Shown piece after piece: positions 49,813 to 58,755 of a DNA stretch of 64,000 bases. The position numbers and the translations under genes are program-made. The number at the start of each line of letters is the position of its first letter. The first letter of the stretch is position 1. Source of the DNA: an uncultured Ruminococcus sp. (lineage in GTDB: Bacteria; Bacillota; Clostridia; Oscillospirales; CAG-272). The stretch covers positions 2,487 through 66,486 of the forward strand of contig CAZVYZ010000005.1 of the NCBI GenBank assembly GCA_964630695.1, in the 5' to 3' direction. Below the pieces are notes generated by a model. That model was not told the origin of the DNA, did not search any database, and was given only the letters and a program-made list of their open reading frames with translations.

Positions 49813-50916
49813 ATGGCTGTCTATATCGTTTTGTATTGTTTGATTGCCTTGTTTGGCGTGTATACGTTTTATCACAGAAACCAACCCGAAAAGCGCCACG
49901 TATGGGGTATCATTCTGATGACACTTCTGTTTACGGCTCTCGTTGCTTTGCGCCATCCGAGTATGGGGATTGATTTACACTACGGGGAGTCAAGCGGTTA
50001 TCTGGCGTCCTATCATAAGTTTTCGGAGATGTCTTTCCGCGAGGTGATTGACATGGTTCAATCGAGCGGTTGGGCGAATTATGAATCGGGATATGTTGTT
50101 TTCAATAAGTTGCTTACCTATATTTCGGCGGATGACCAAGTTCTGCTGATTGGCTGTGCGATTCTGTCAATCGTTCCCATCGGACTTCTGATTGCGCTTT
50201 ACAGCAAAGACTATGATTTCTCCATGGTGGTTTATTTGGGATTGTCGTTGGGTCTGATTGTCTTTTCGGCACTGAGGCAGGCAATTGCGGTCGGTATCTG
50301 CACGCTGTCATTCCCGTTTATCCGCCGGAAACAATGGGCGCCGTTTCTGTTGCTTGTTTTTCTGGCGTGGTTGTTCCACAGTTCCGCCATTGCGTTCCTC
50401 GTTGCCTATCCGGCATACCATTTGAAACTGAAAAGGTGGCAAAGACTGTTGGGCATTCCTCTGCTTGTCGGAATCTTTCTGGGGCGGAATCAGATTTTCC
50501 GAATCGCAATGAAGTTGCTGGACAAGGACGCCGTTCCCGAGGATACCAATGCTTACAGACTGATGGTGGTATTCGGATTGGTGTATCTGTTTTGCGTGGT
50601 GTTCTGGGACAAAGAGGATGACACGAGCGGCGGGTTCCTGAATGTGTTTTATTTTGCCTGTGTATGCCAGTGTTTCAGCAGTATCAACGCCATTGCGGAA
50701 CGGCTTGGGTACTTTTTCATGGTCGGCTTGGTGATTGCACTGCCGAATATTGTGATGAACCTGAAAAACGTAAAAATCCGGATGCTCTTCAAATACGGCA
50801 TTTGCAGTGCGTTTGTTGCGTTCGGGCTGTATTCGTTCTATTCCTGTTATTGGTCGCAAACCTATCCGTACCATTTCTTCTGGGAGAACCTTTCCGCACC
50901 TGCCACGGGTGCTTGA
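49813..50916 (+). CDS. EpsG-family (Wzy-like) polysaccharide polymerase
   Basis: LRHPSMGIDL, ESGY, SALRQAIA, FHSSAI, ERLGYFF, PYHFFW; multi-TM; promoter TTGACA-N17-TATAAT at 49659-49687. Confidence 0.85.
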   Translation: MAVYIVLYCLIALFGVYTFYHRNQPEKRHVWGIILMTLLFTALVALRHPSMGIDLHYGESSGYLASYHKFSEMSFREVIDMVQSSGWANYESGYVVFNKLLTYISADDQVLLIGCAILSIVPIGLLIALYSKDYDFSMVVYLGLSLGLIVFSALRQAIAVGICTLSFPFIRRKQWAPFLLLVFLAWLFHSSAIAFLVAYPAYHLKLKRWQRLLGIPLLVGIFLGRNQIFRIAMKLLDKDAVPEDTNAYRLMVVFGLVYLFCVVFWDKEDDTSGGFLNVFYFACVCQCFSSINAIAERLGYFFMVGLVIALPNIVMNLKNVKIRMLFKYGICSAFVAFGLYSFYSCYWSQTYPYHFFWENLSAPATGA

Positions 50917-50934
50917 GACGTCGCATCCCTATAT

Positions 50935-51102
50935 TAAGGCAACACCGCGCAATTCGCAATCGGCGCACTCGCTCGCGCCTTTCCCGTCATACTTCACAAA
51001 AATCCTTGCCTGTAGCCGCGCTACAGCCTGCGAATTTTTGTATTGTCTGACGAAAAATCCGGCTTCGCGATTTCACCATCGGAATTGCGCGATATTGTCT
51101 TA
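50935..51102. mobile_element. MITE-like element, 168 bp, with 21-bp imperfect terminal inverted repeats
   Basis: taaggcaacaccgcgcaattc (50935-50955) versus the reverse complement of gaattgcgcgatattgtctta (51082-51102), 18/21 match; TA at both ends; no ORF. Confidence 0.6.
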
Positions 51103-51155
51103 AACCGAAAAGCCTCGCGGAAGAGCGATTCCGCGGGGCTTTTTGCGTTTCGGCA

Positions 51156-51773
51156 TTATTTCTTGTTGATGATGGTCACGCCTGTGGGGGCGATACCGGT
51201 CTGGGCGTATACAATCTCGTTGATTTGCGCAATCTGCGCGGGCTGTAATTCCTCTGCCTTGACTACGATTTGTACTTTTTCGCCCGAGAGGACCGCCACG
51301 CACTGCTCAAAGCCCTTTGCGGTAATCAGGGACTCGATATTTGCTTCCTTTTGAATTTCATCCGCAATCGCGGCGATGCCGGCAAGCGCTTCTGTTTTTA
51401 CCGTTTCGCTCGATTCCTTGTTGTCGACAACCGATTGCAGAACCTCAAGCGCTTCGTCTCTGGCTCTCTGACGGCTGACCTGCGTTGCGGAGAAGTAAGT
51501 TCCGGTCTGGTCGGTCGGAGTGTTGTCGTTCTTCTGCTCTTCCTGGCTGTCGTTGGGTTTGTCGTAACCCTTGTAGCCGTCCTTACCTGTCTTGGCGCCC
51601 GAGAAGAGGACCCAGTTCAGAAGAACCGCAACGCCGATGAGAAGGACCGACGCGGTGATGATGAGGTTCCGCTTGCCGATTTTCATGATGAACAGGTGGA
51701 ACTTGCCCTCTTTTTTGCGTGGGACGGAAGCGCTTTCTGCGGTGGGGCTGAGTGCGTAATTTTTGTTTTTCAT
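51156..51773 (-). CDS. spoIIIAH: Stage III sporulation protein AH
   Basis: IGVAVLLNW TM, YFSATQVSRQRARDE, IESLITAKGFEQCVA, AQIAQINEIV; candidate sigma-E site GCATATT-N14-CATAGAAT upstream. Confidence 0.88.
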   Translation of the reverse strand: MKNKNYALSPTAESASVPRKKEGKFHLFIMKIGKRNLIITASVLLIGVAVLLNWVLFSGAKTGKDGYKGYDKPNDSQEEQKNDNTPTDQTGTYFSATQVSRQRARDEALEVLQSVVDNKESSETVKTEALAGIAAIADEIQKEANIESLITAKGFEQCVAVLSGEKVQIVVKAEELQPAQIAQINEIVYAQTGIAPTGVTIINKK

Positions 51774-51847
51774 TTCGATTTCCTCCTCGAAAATGTTTTT
51801 CAATTCATTCTATGCGGTGAAGATACAGAATATGCGGCGGGCAGGCA

Positions 51848-52378
51848 TTATGTGCCTGTTTTTTTCGCTTCCGTAATATAAATCCGATTGGACGGAACGT
51901 GATATGCCGCGGAAAGAAGCGAGGTCAGTTCCTGACGGACTGCGGAATTCATGCCGCCGCGGCAAACGATTCCGATTCCGACGATTTCGGGCGCGTTGCG
52001 GGAAAGCCGCAGCGCCGAGGCATTCGAGCCGCTGCCGACGATGACGTACTGTTCGCCGCCGTTCCGTGCCGCCTCGGTCGCGTAAACGTCGGAGAAGCCG
52101 CCCGAGAGCGTCAGCGCGACCGTGACGTTGCCCACGCCGTCCACCGATTCACAGAGGGTGCGGATGTCCCGCTCCAATGCCTTGCGGTAATCGGCTAGTT
52201 CTTCTTCCGCGTTGACCGTTTCCGCGGGGGTGTCGGTCGCTTGTTTTTTGCTTCCGAGTCCGCTTCCGAATACCAACAGAAGAATTCCGCACAGCGCGCC
52301 GACGGGAATCAGCCAGACCCGCCACGCGGAGCCTTTTCCGCCCTCTCCGTTCTCACCGTTTTTTCCAAAACCGAACAT
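51848..52378 (-). CDS. spoIIIAG: Stage III sporulation protein AG
   Basis: GILLLVFG, LERDIRTLCESVDGVGNVTVALT, PEIVGIGIVCRGG, YHVPSNRIYI. Confidence 0.88.
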   Translation of the reverse strand: MFGFGKNGENGEGGKGSAWRVWLIPVGALCGILLLVFGSGLGSKKQATDTPAETVNAEEELADYRKALERDIRTLCESVDGVGNVTVALTLSGGFSDVYATEAARNGGEQYVIVGSGSNASALRLSRNAPEIVGIGIVCRGGMNSAVRQELTSLLSAAYHVPSNRIYITEAKKTGT

Positions 52379-52387
52379 CACACCCTC

Positions 52388-52852
52388 CTATTCAATCGCT
52401 GTGACGCATTCACAGTCAATCAGGTCTTTGACAAATTGCTCAATCTTCTCGGGGTCGCGCCAGATTGCGGAGCCGGACAGGATGACCGTGATTTTTTTCG
52501 GCACGGTTCCGTTGTCTGCCTCCCATTCGATTTCGCACCGAGCCGAACCGTCCGCAAGCGCGAATTGCTCCGTAATCAGTTCGGTCAGTGTCTTTGCAAA
52601 ATAGGTACGGGAGGCAGATTCCATTGCCTGTTTCATTTTCTGCGTATATTCTTCGCGCGCGTCCTGCATTGTGTCGGGAAGCGTGTAGTCGCGGACCGCG
52701 CGAAATGCACGGGGAAGCGGCGCGGAAAGCACGCAAAGCAGAAAGAGTGCCGAAATGAGCCGCACGGTCTTTCTGCCGCGCTCGGGGACCAAGAGGTCGA
52801 CCAATGCCACGGCGAGCGCAGAGCCGAACAGGGTCAGCAGATAAGCCGTCAT
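52388..52852 (-). CDS. spoIIIAF: Stage III sporulation protein AF
   Basis: Two N-terminal TM helices (LVDLLVP...VRLISALFLL..LSAP); position in the operon. Confidence 0.75.
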   Translation of the reverse strand: MTAYLLTLFGSALAVALVDLLVPERGRKTVRLISALFLLCVLSAPLPRAFRAVRDYTLPDTMQDAREEYTQKMKQAMESASRTYFAKTLTELITEQFALADGSARCEIEWEADNGTVPKKITVILSGSAIWRDPEKIEQFVKDLIDCECVTAIE

Positions 52853-52863
52853 AACAGCGCCTC

Positions 52864-53985
52864 CTATCCGATTGCCGAGGCGCAGTGTGCCAAAAGCGTC
52901 AGCGCCAGTATAAAGACCGATGAGCAGATGCTGACTGCCGCCGCAAGATAACCGCAAAGAGACGCGATTTCGTCGAGCAGTTTTTTTTCGGACGGGCATC
53001 CGACAAGGTCGGCAACCGATGCACCGAGTTGCCAGACCAACCGATAAAGAAGCAGTTCCGCAAGCACGGGCAGGAGCGTGAGCAACAGCAGAAGAACGCC
53101 GGATATGCCGACCGTCCCGCGCAGGTATCCCACGCCCGCACTGACCGTCCGGAGCAGTTCCGAAACCGAACCGCCGACGACGGGGATGAGATTCCCCGCC
53201 GCGAATTTTGCACCTCTCATGGCAAGCGTGTCGGCGCGCGCGCCGAGCGTGGTCTGCGCGCCGAGCATGGCAAGCAAGAGGGTCATGAGAAAGGCGAGCA
53301 GAGTGGTATATTGCTTTTTGACCGTTGCCGCGAGCGTTCCGAGCCGCATATTGGAATCAACCGCCTCCATCGCCGCAAATGCAAGGCAGATGCCCGCAAA
53401 CGGCACGATGGTTTTTCCGACCAATTCTTCGGTCAGGGTCAGATAGACTGTCAGCCCTGCGGCGCCCGACGCGGCGGCGGTAACGTTTCCGCCCATTGCG
53501 TAGAGCGTGGCGAGCAGGGGAATGGCGGCGGAGGTCATTTTTCCGAGCGTGGAGAAATAATCCACCGCAACCCGCACGGTCGTGTATCCGCCCGAGAGAA
53601 GCGCCATGAGAATTGCGAGCGTGGAGCAAAAGGAGAATGCCCGCCCGACCGATTCGCTCCGCATGGAGTCCCGCAGAGCCGATGCGACCGCCGAGAGGAG
53701 CAGAAGCCCCGTAATCTGCGCCAGCAGACGCAGGCAGTCCCCAAGGCGCAACCCGACGGCGCGCAGAACCGTCTCCAAAAGGTAGGAAAAATCGCTCAGT
53801 TTCCCCGTGCCGTCGGCAAGCGTTCCGCTGTCGGAGGAAAACAGTTCCTCGGGCAGATACCCGCGGATGTCCTCGGGAATTGCGTCCAGAAAATCCCCGT
53901 ATTCCGACGGTACGCGGTCGCCGATGCTGCTCTCGGATTCGGGGTCCTCGGCGGAAACGGGAAGCAGAAACAGGAGCAGAAGCAT
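52864..53985 (-). CDS. spoIIIAE: Stage III sporulation protein AE
   Basis: AAIPLLATLYAMGG, KFAAGNLIPVVGGSVSE, KLLDEIA; ATG overlaps the spoIIIAD stop codon. Confidence 0.88.
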   Translation of the reverse strand: MLLLLFLLPVSAEDPESESSIGDRVPSEYGDFLDAIPEDIRGYLPEELFSSDSGTLADGTGKLSDFSYLLETVLRAVGLRLGDCLRLLAQITGLLLLSAVASALRDSMRSESVGRAFSFCSTLAILMALLSGGYTTVRVAVDYFSTLGKMTSAAIPLLATLYAMGGNVTAAASGAAGLTVYLTLTEELVGKTIVPFAGICLAFAAMEAVDSNMRLGTLAATVKKQYTTLLAFLMTLLLAMLGAQTTLGARADTLAMRGAKFAAGNLIPVVGGSVSELLRTVSAGVGYLRGTVGISGVLLLLLTLLPVLAELLLYRLVWQLGASVADLVGCPSEKKLLDEIASLCGYLAAAVSICSSVFILALTLLAHCASAIG

Positions 53986-54377
53986 TAGGACGCAAGCGAA
54001 AGCAATTCGCGCGCGGTGGAAAGGATTTCGGCAATCAGCGGGAGCGCCAGAAGCAGAATTTCGACCTTTCCCGCCAGTTCCACGCCGTTTGCCACGCCGC
54101 TCTCGCCGCTTTCGCGGCAGAGTTCCGCGCAACACTGGGTCAGCACCGTGATTCCGAGCGCCTTGAGCAGAAATTCCGCATATCCCGGGACCCCCGCTTC
54201 CTCGGTCAATGTTTTGATGTAGGAAACAAGAGGCGCGGACATCGCAATCACCGTGCCTGCAAACACCACGGTAAGTGCCAACCGCAGGAGCGGAACAAAT
54301 TCGCCCCGCCATTGCCGCAACAGAATCGCGAGCGTTACGCCCGCCACGGCGAACAGGCAGATTCGGACCGTATCCAT
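53985..54377 (-). CDS. spoIIIAD: Stage III sporulation protein AD
   Basis: LLKALGITVLTQCCAELCRESGESGVANGVELAGKVEILLLALP. Confidence 0.92.
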   Translation of the reverse strand: MDTVRICLFAVAGVTLAILLRQWRGEFVPLLRLALTVVFAGTVIAMSAPLVSYIKTLTEEAGVPGYAEFLLKALGITVLTQCCAELCRESGESGVANGVELAGKVEILLLALPLIAEILSTARELLSLAS

Positions 54378-54383
54378 GCGGCG

Positions 54384-54578
54384 TCATACCCCGAATACCG
54401 AGCGAACCAAGTCGAACAGTTCGCGAATCTGACTCACCAGAAGCATCAGAACCACAATCATTCCCGCAATGGTGACGAACATCGCCTGCTCATCCCGTCC
54501 GGTCTTGCTTAAAATCTGGGAGGCGATTGCCGCGAGAATCCCGACGCCCGCAACCTTGATAATGAGGGAAATATCCAT
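54384..54578 (-). CDS. spoIIIAC: Stage III sporulation protein AC
   Basis: MDISLIIKVAGVGIL...QILSKTGRDEQA...LFDLVRSVF. Confidence 0.95.
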   Translation of the reverse strand: MDISLIIKVAGVGILAAIASQILSKTGRDEQAMFVTIAGMIVVLMLLVSQIRELFDLVRSVFGV

Positions 54579-54595
54579 GCTTTTCGCATTCCTTT

Positions 54596-55066
54596 CTACC
54601 ATAACAGAATCGCCGCGCCGAGCGCCGCCGTCAGGCAAAGTGCAACCCGTACCCGTATCCTTGCAGGGAGCGCCTCTGCCTGCTTTTTTCGGATTTCACG
54701 CAACGCGTCGATATAGTAATCGCACGCGCGCACCTGTTCCTCCCGATACCCGCTGCCGATTCCGTCCGCAAAGGCGCCGATTTGCCGCCGGCTTTCCGGA
54801 GTGAGATACTTTACTGCCTCACGGGCAAGGGCGGAGAAATCGGTGCAGGGGAAGGTCCCCCCGCAACGCAGAATCAGCCCGCGGTCACAGGAGGCGAGAA
54901 TGGCGTCCTGCGGCATCAGGAAGCAGTCAATGCGCGAACGGACATAAGCAATCAGGTCAATCCAAGCGTCCAGAACCTCCAATCGCCTCCGTTCGGTCCG
55001 AACAGACAGCACCGCCGCGCCGCTGCCCGCCGCGAGAATCAGGAGACAGCCGATGAATTTAAGCAT
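54596..55066 (-). CDS. spoIIIAB: Stage III sporulation protein AB
   Basis: MLKFIGCLLIL, GIGSGYREEQVRAC, LCLTAALGAAILLW. Confidence 0.85.
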   Translation of the reverse strand: MLKFIGCLLILAAGSGAAVLSVRTERRRLEVLDAWIDLIAYVRSRIDCFLMPQDAILASCDRGLILRCGGTFPCTDFSALAREAVKYLTPESRRQIGAFADGIGSGYREEQVRACDYYIDALREIRKKQAEALPARIRVRVALCLTAALGAAILLW

Positions 55067-55967
55067 TGTTTTCGGGAACCTCCTCCCGCATCGTGATACG
55101 GTAGGAGAATCCGCTTCCGTGCGCGCGCGTGATTCCGACATAAGCGCCGAATACCCCCGCGCGGTGGAGCGTGCGGATGTCTGCGCGACGCAATAGCCCC
55201 GTAACCGAATCGGCGTGCGCCGTTGCAATCAGCGGGACTCCGTGATTGGCGGCGGAAAGAACCGCGCGGGCATCCCGGGCACCGCCGATTTCATCGCAGA
55301 CTGCAACCTGAGCAGCCATACACCGCACCGCAATCTCCAGTCCCACGTCGCGCGGGTAGCCTGACAGGATGTCGAGCCGCAAATCGCCCCCGTCAAGATT
55401 CGGCGCAAGTTCGCCGCGGGTATCCACCGCAACCGTCCGCCATTCCCGTGCCGCTTCGCGTGTTACTGCACGCAAAAGGGTGGTTTTACCGACCCCGGGC
55501 GGAGCGTAAATGAGAATTCCGTCAAGCAGTTTTCCGTGGCGCAACAGGTCGATAACGGGGGTGGCGTTGACCCGTATCCTGTGCGGCAGACGGAACATCA
55601 GCCCGGTAACCTCGGACACGCCGATGACCTGTCCGTTCTCAACCGCCGCGCTTCCCACCACACCGACACGCACGCCGTCCGGCATGGCAACGTAGCCTTG
55701 GCTGATGGTGTCGCGGTAGGCATAAAGCGAACCGCCGCAGACCCGCAGAAGCAGATTCTGCATGTCGTCACGGGTCAGCGTCACGCCTGTGGAGAGATTC
55801 CGTCCCGCGCTCGTGACGGTCGCTTCCCGCTCCGCGTGCAGGCGCAATTCCTCAGGCGTATCGGCAAGGGAAAGACGTCTTAACGCTTCCGTCAGCGCGG
55901 GCGGCAGGACAGCCGTAACCGCCGACGGGAGCGGGTTGCGTCGGGTCTCCGACTGAATAATCTGCAT
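55059..55967 (-). CDS. spoIIIAA: Stage III sporulation protein AA (ATPase)
   Basis: EELRL, GGSLYAYRDTISQGYV, APPGVGKTTLLR, VDTRGE, VCDEIG, ATAHA. Confidence 0.93.
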   Translation of the reverse strand: MQIIQSETRRNPLPSAVTAVLPPALTEALRRLSLADTPEELRLHAEREATVTSAGRNLSTGVTLTRDDMQNLLLRVCGGSLYAYRDTISQGYVAMPDGVRVGVVGSAAVENGQVIGVSEVTGLMFRLPHRIRVNATPVIDLLRHGKLLDGILIYAPPGVGKTTLLRAVTREAAREWRTVAVDTRGELAPNLDGGDLRLDILSGYPRDVGLEIAVRCMAAQVAVCDEIGGARDARAVLSAANHGVPLIATAHADSVTGLLRRADIRTLHRAGVFGAYVGITRAHGSGFSYRITMREEVPENNA

Positions 55968-55991
55968 CCGTCCACCCCCTTTTCCTACTGC

Positions 55992-56020
55992 AATATATGA
56001 GATGGAAAAAAAGATTAGAA
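55992..56020 (-). promoter_or_regulatory. Putative sigma-E promoter of the spoIIIA operon
   Basis: Minus strand TTCTAAT-N14-CATATATT, nearly identical to the spoIVA site. Confidence 0.55.
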
Positions 56021-56084
56021 CCAAGCGGCGGTCTTTGCATATTCTGATAACAAAATATGGAAAAAACCGAAAGGAGAGGGGCAA

Positions 56085-57173
56085 ATGGCGGAAAAGGAGC
56101 AGATTCGTTCGGACGGAGAGGATGCGTATTTCGTGGCATCCAACAGCGCGGGCGGCTTCTGGAGCCGGTATTCGGAGACTTTTGACGACCGCAGGATTGG
56201 TCGCCTGTATGCAATCAAAGGAGGTCCCGGGACCGGAAAGAGCCGTTTCATGCGGGATGTGGCAAACGCGGGTACGGCGCACGGCTGGAGGGCGGAGATG
56301 ATTTACTGCTCGTCGGACTCCGATTCGTTGGACGGAATCATTCTGACGAAAGAGGGGGAGGAGGGCATTGCGGTTCTGGATGCGACCGCACCGCACGTTT
56401 ACGAGCCGCGCCGCCCGGGGTATCGGGAGGAGATCGTGAATCTCGGTGAATTCTGGTCGGCGGAAGCATTACGCGGAGAGCGGGACGAACTGGACCGCCT
56501 GAATCGGGAAAAGGCGGAGGCATATCGCAGAGCCTACCGCTATCTTGCGGGATACGGCGGGATGACGGAATCCCTTGAAGAACTGACTGCGCCGTTTCTG
56601 CGCGAGCGGGCAATCCTGCGCTTTGCCGCTCGGCTGACGCGCGACCTGCCAAACGGAAGCGAATTCAGACCGCGGACCGCTCTGATGCGCGGCATCGGAA
56701 TGCGCGGGCGGGTGGTGTTCGATACCTTTTTCGCGCAGGCGGAGAAAATCTGCCTGATTGAGGACTGCCACGGGAGCGCGTATCTCCTGATGCGGGAAAT
56801 CTATCGGCAGGCGGCAGAAAAACGGCTTGCGGTGCGGGTATCGCGCAATCCGATTCTGCCCGAGCGGACTGACGCACTGTTCTTTGCGGACAGCGGGGTG
56901 GTCTTTGCGGTTTTGCCGGAGGAGACGTGCAGGTTCCCGCACAGAAGCGTTTCCATGCGGCGGTTTGTCGACACGGGCGGAATGAGACGGGTGCGGGAAT
57001 CGGTCAATTATGCGGAACGGGTCCGTCGCGTGATGCTGACGGGCGCGGTAGAGGAATTGGAACGCGCGGCAAATCTGCATTTCAGAATCGAAGCAATTTA
57101 CGAGCGTGCCATGGATTTCTCTGCCAAGGAAGCGTACACGGCGGCATTCTGCCGGCGGCTGTTCGGCAATTAA
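56085..57173 (+). CDS. Clostridial P-loop ATPase (PRK06851-like)
   Basis: YFVASNSAGGF.S, IKGGPGTGKS, YCSSDSDSLDG, LDATAPH, EEIVNLG. Confidence 0.8.
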   Translation: MAEKEQIRSDGEDAYFVASNSAGGFWSRYSETFDDRRIGRLYAIKGGPGTGKSRFMRDVANAGTAHGWRAEMIYCSSDSDSLDGIILTKEGEEGIAVLDATAPHVYEPRRPGYREEIVNLGEFWSAEALRGERDELDRLNREKAEAYRRAYRYLAGYGGMTESLEELTAPFLRERAILRFAARLTRDLPNGSEFRPRTALMRGIGMRGRVVFDTFFAQAEKICLIEDCHGSAYLLMREIYRQAAEKRLAVRVSRNPILPERTDALFFADSGVVFAVLPEETCRFPHRSVSMRRFVDTGGMRRVRESVNYAERVRRVMLTGAVEELERAANLHFRIEAIYERAMDFSAKEAYTAAFCRRLFGN

Positions 57174-57194
57174 CGGATTGTCACACAAACGCAG

Positions 57195-57231
57195 CGCGTC
57201 AGCGCCCCCGCAACAACGGGGGCGCTGACGC
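57195..57231 (+). terminator. Hairpin after the ATPase gene
   Basis: gcgtcagcgcccccg-caacaa-cgggggcgctgacgc, 15-bp stem. Confidence 0.6.
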
Positions 57232-57329
57232 GCTACTCTTCGGACGATTATCAGAAAATAATATGAAAACTTTTCCCGAAAGGGATTGCAAACGGTCGGA
57301 AAATATGGTAAAATAAAAAGAATATTTTT

Positions 57330-57379
57330 TAAGGCAACACCGCGCAGTTCCGACGGAGCAATCGTGCGGGATTGTCTTG
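57330..57379. mobile_element. Internally deleted copy of the 50935-51102 MITE-like element
   Basis: taaggcaacaccgcgcagttc is 20/21 identical to the left TIR; attgtctt right-end remnant; lies just downstream of a TTGCAA-N17-TAAAAT promoter. Confidence 0.55.
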
Positions 57380-57426
57380 ATGCGTTGGGGCTGAGGCGAA
57401 CGGCTCCGAACGGAAAGGACGAAACG

Positions 57427-58755
57427 ATGAACGAAACCAATCAAGAATCGGTCAAGGGACTTCTGGAGTTTATCCGCAAGAGTCCGACTGCTTTTCACGC
57501 GGTCGCAACCGCAGCGGCACAATTGGAACAGGCGGGATTCCACTGCCTGCACGAGGGAGAAAACTGGAGCCTGACGGCAGGGGGAAAATACTACCTGACG
57601 CGGAATCAGTCTACCATTCTCGCATTTTCTCTGCCCGCAGGGGAGGCGGAGCAACTGTTGCTCTCGGCAAGTCATACCGATTCCCCGATGTTCAAACTGA
57701 AAAACAACTACGAGGCGCCCGCGTTCGGCACCTACGGTCGGCTTAACACCGAGGTCTACGGCGGCACGATCCTCTCAAGTTGGATGGACCGTCCGCTCTC
57801 CTTGGCAGGGCGTGCCGTGGTGCGGGACGGCAACACCTATCGCGCCGATTTGTTTTCCTTTGACCGCGACCTGATGGTGATTCCGAATGTTGCCATCCAC
57901 ATGAACCGAACCGTCAATTCGGGATATGCGTTCAATCCTGCGGTCGATATGCTCCCGCTCTACTCGATTTCGGACGGCAGTCCCACACTCTCCGACCTGC
58001 TTGCCAAGCAACTCGGGTGCGAAAAGGAGAATCTTGTCGGGCTTGACGCTTTCGTCTATAACCGCATGGCGGGGAGCATCTGGGGGGCGGCGGACGAATT
58101 CTTCTCCGCACCGCGCATCGACAACCTCATGTGCCTGTACGGAACGCTCTGCGGATTCCTCGCCGCAAAACCGCAGTCCGGTTCGCTGAATCTTTGGTTC
58201 AGCGCCGACAACGAGGAAACGGGAAGCGCGACCAAGCAGGGAGCAGGTTCCGCTCTGCTTTCGGACACCCTTGACCGCCTTTGCGAGACATTCGGATGGG
58301 ACAAGCGGGTCCTGCTTGCGAACGGATTCATGGTGTCGGCGGACAACGGTCATGCAAGACATCCGAACCACCCCGAACTGAGCGACGCGCAGAATGCGCC
58401 GCGCCTCGGCGGCGGTGTGGTCATCAAAACCAACGCCGCACAACACTATACCACCGACGGTCCCTCCGCTGCGATGTTCTCGGAAATCTGCCGCAGGGCG
58501 GGCGTTCCGATTCAGCAGTTCGCCAATCGGAGCGACCAGCCGGGCGGTTCGACCTTGGGGAGCATCTCCAATACCAAAGTACCGCTTCTCACGGTTGACA
58601 TCGGCATGGCACAACTTGCCATGCACTCGGCGTATGAGACCGCCGCATGTGCCGATTGCGACCATCTTTCGCGCGCAATGACGGCGTTTTACGGAATCGG
58701 ATTTCAATCAAAGCGGGACGGACAGTGGACCGTGAAGGAGAATCACGCGCAATGA
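57427..58755 (+). CDS. M18-family (aspartyl) aminopeptidase
   Basis: SPTAFHAV, SHTDSP, EVYGG, IPNVAIH, RIDNL, DNEETGS, SADNGHA.HPN, GGSTLG, LAMHS. Confidence 0.93.
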   Translation: MNETNQESVKGLLEFIRKSPTAFHAVATAAAQLEQAGFHCLHEGENWSLTAGGKYYLTRNQSTILAFSLPAGEAEQLLLSASHTDSPMFKLKNNYEAPAFGTYGRLNTEVYGGTILSSWMDRPLSLAGRAVVRDGNTYRADLFSFDRDLMVIPNVAIHMNRTVNSGYAFNPAVDMLPLYSISDGSPTLSDLLAKQLGCEKENLVGLDAFVYNRMAGSIWGAADEFFSAPRIDNLMCLYGTLCGFLAAKPQSGSLNLWFSADNEETGSATKQGAGSALLSDTLDRLCETFGWDKRVLLANGFMVSADNGHARHPNHPELSDAQNAPRLGGGVVIKTNAAQHYTTDGPSAAMFSEICRRAGVPIQQFANRSDQPGGSTLGSISNTKVPLLTVDIGMAQLAMHSAYETAACADCDHLSRAMTAFYGIGFQSKRDGQWTVKENHAQ

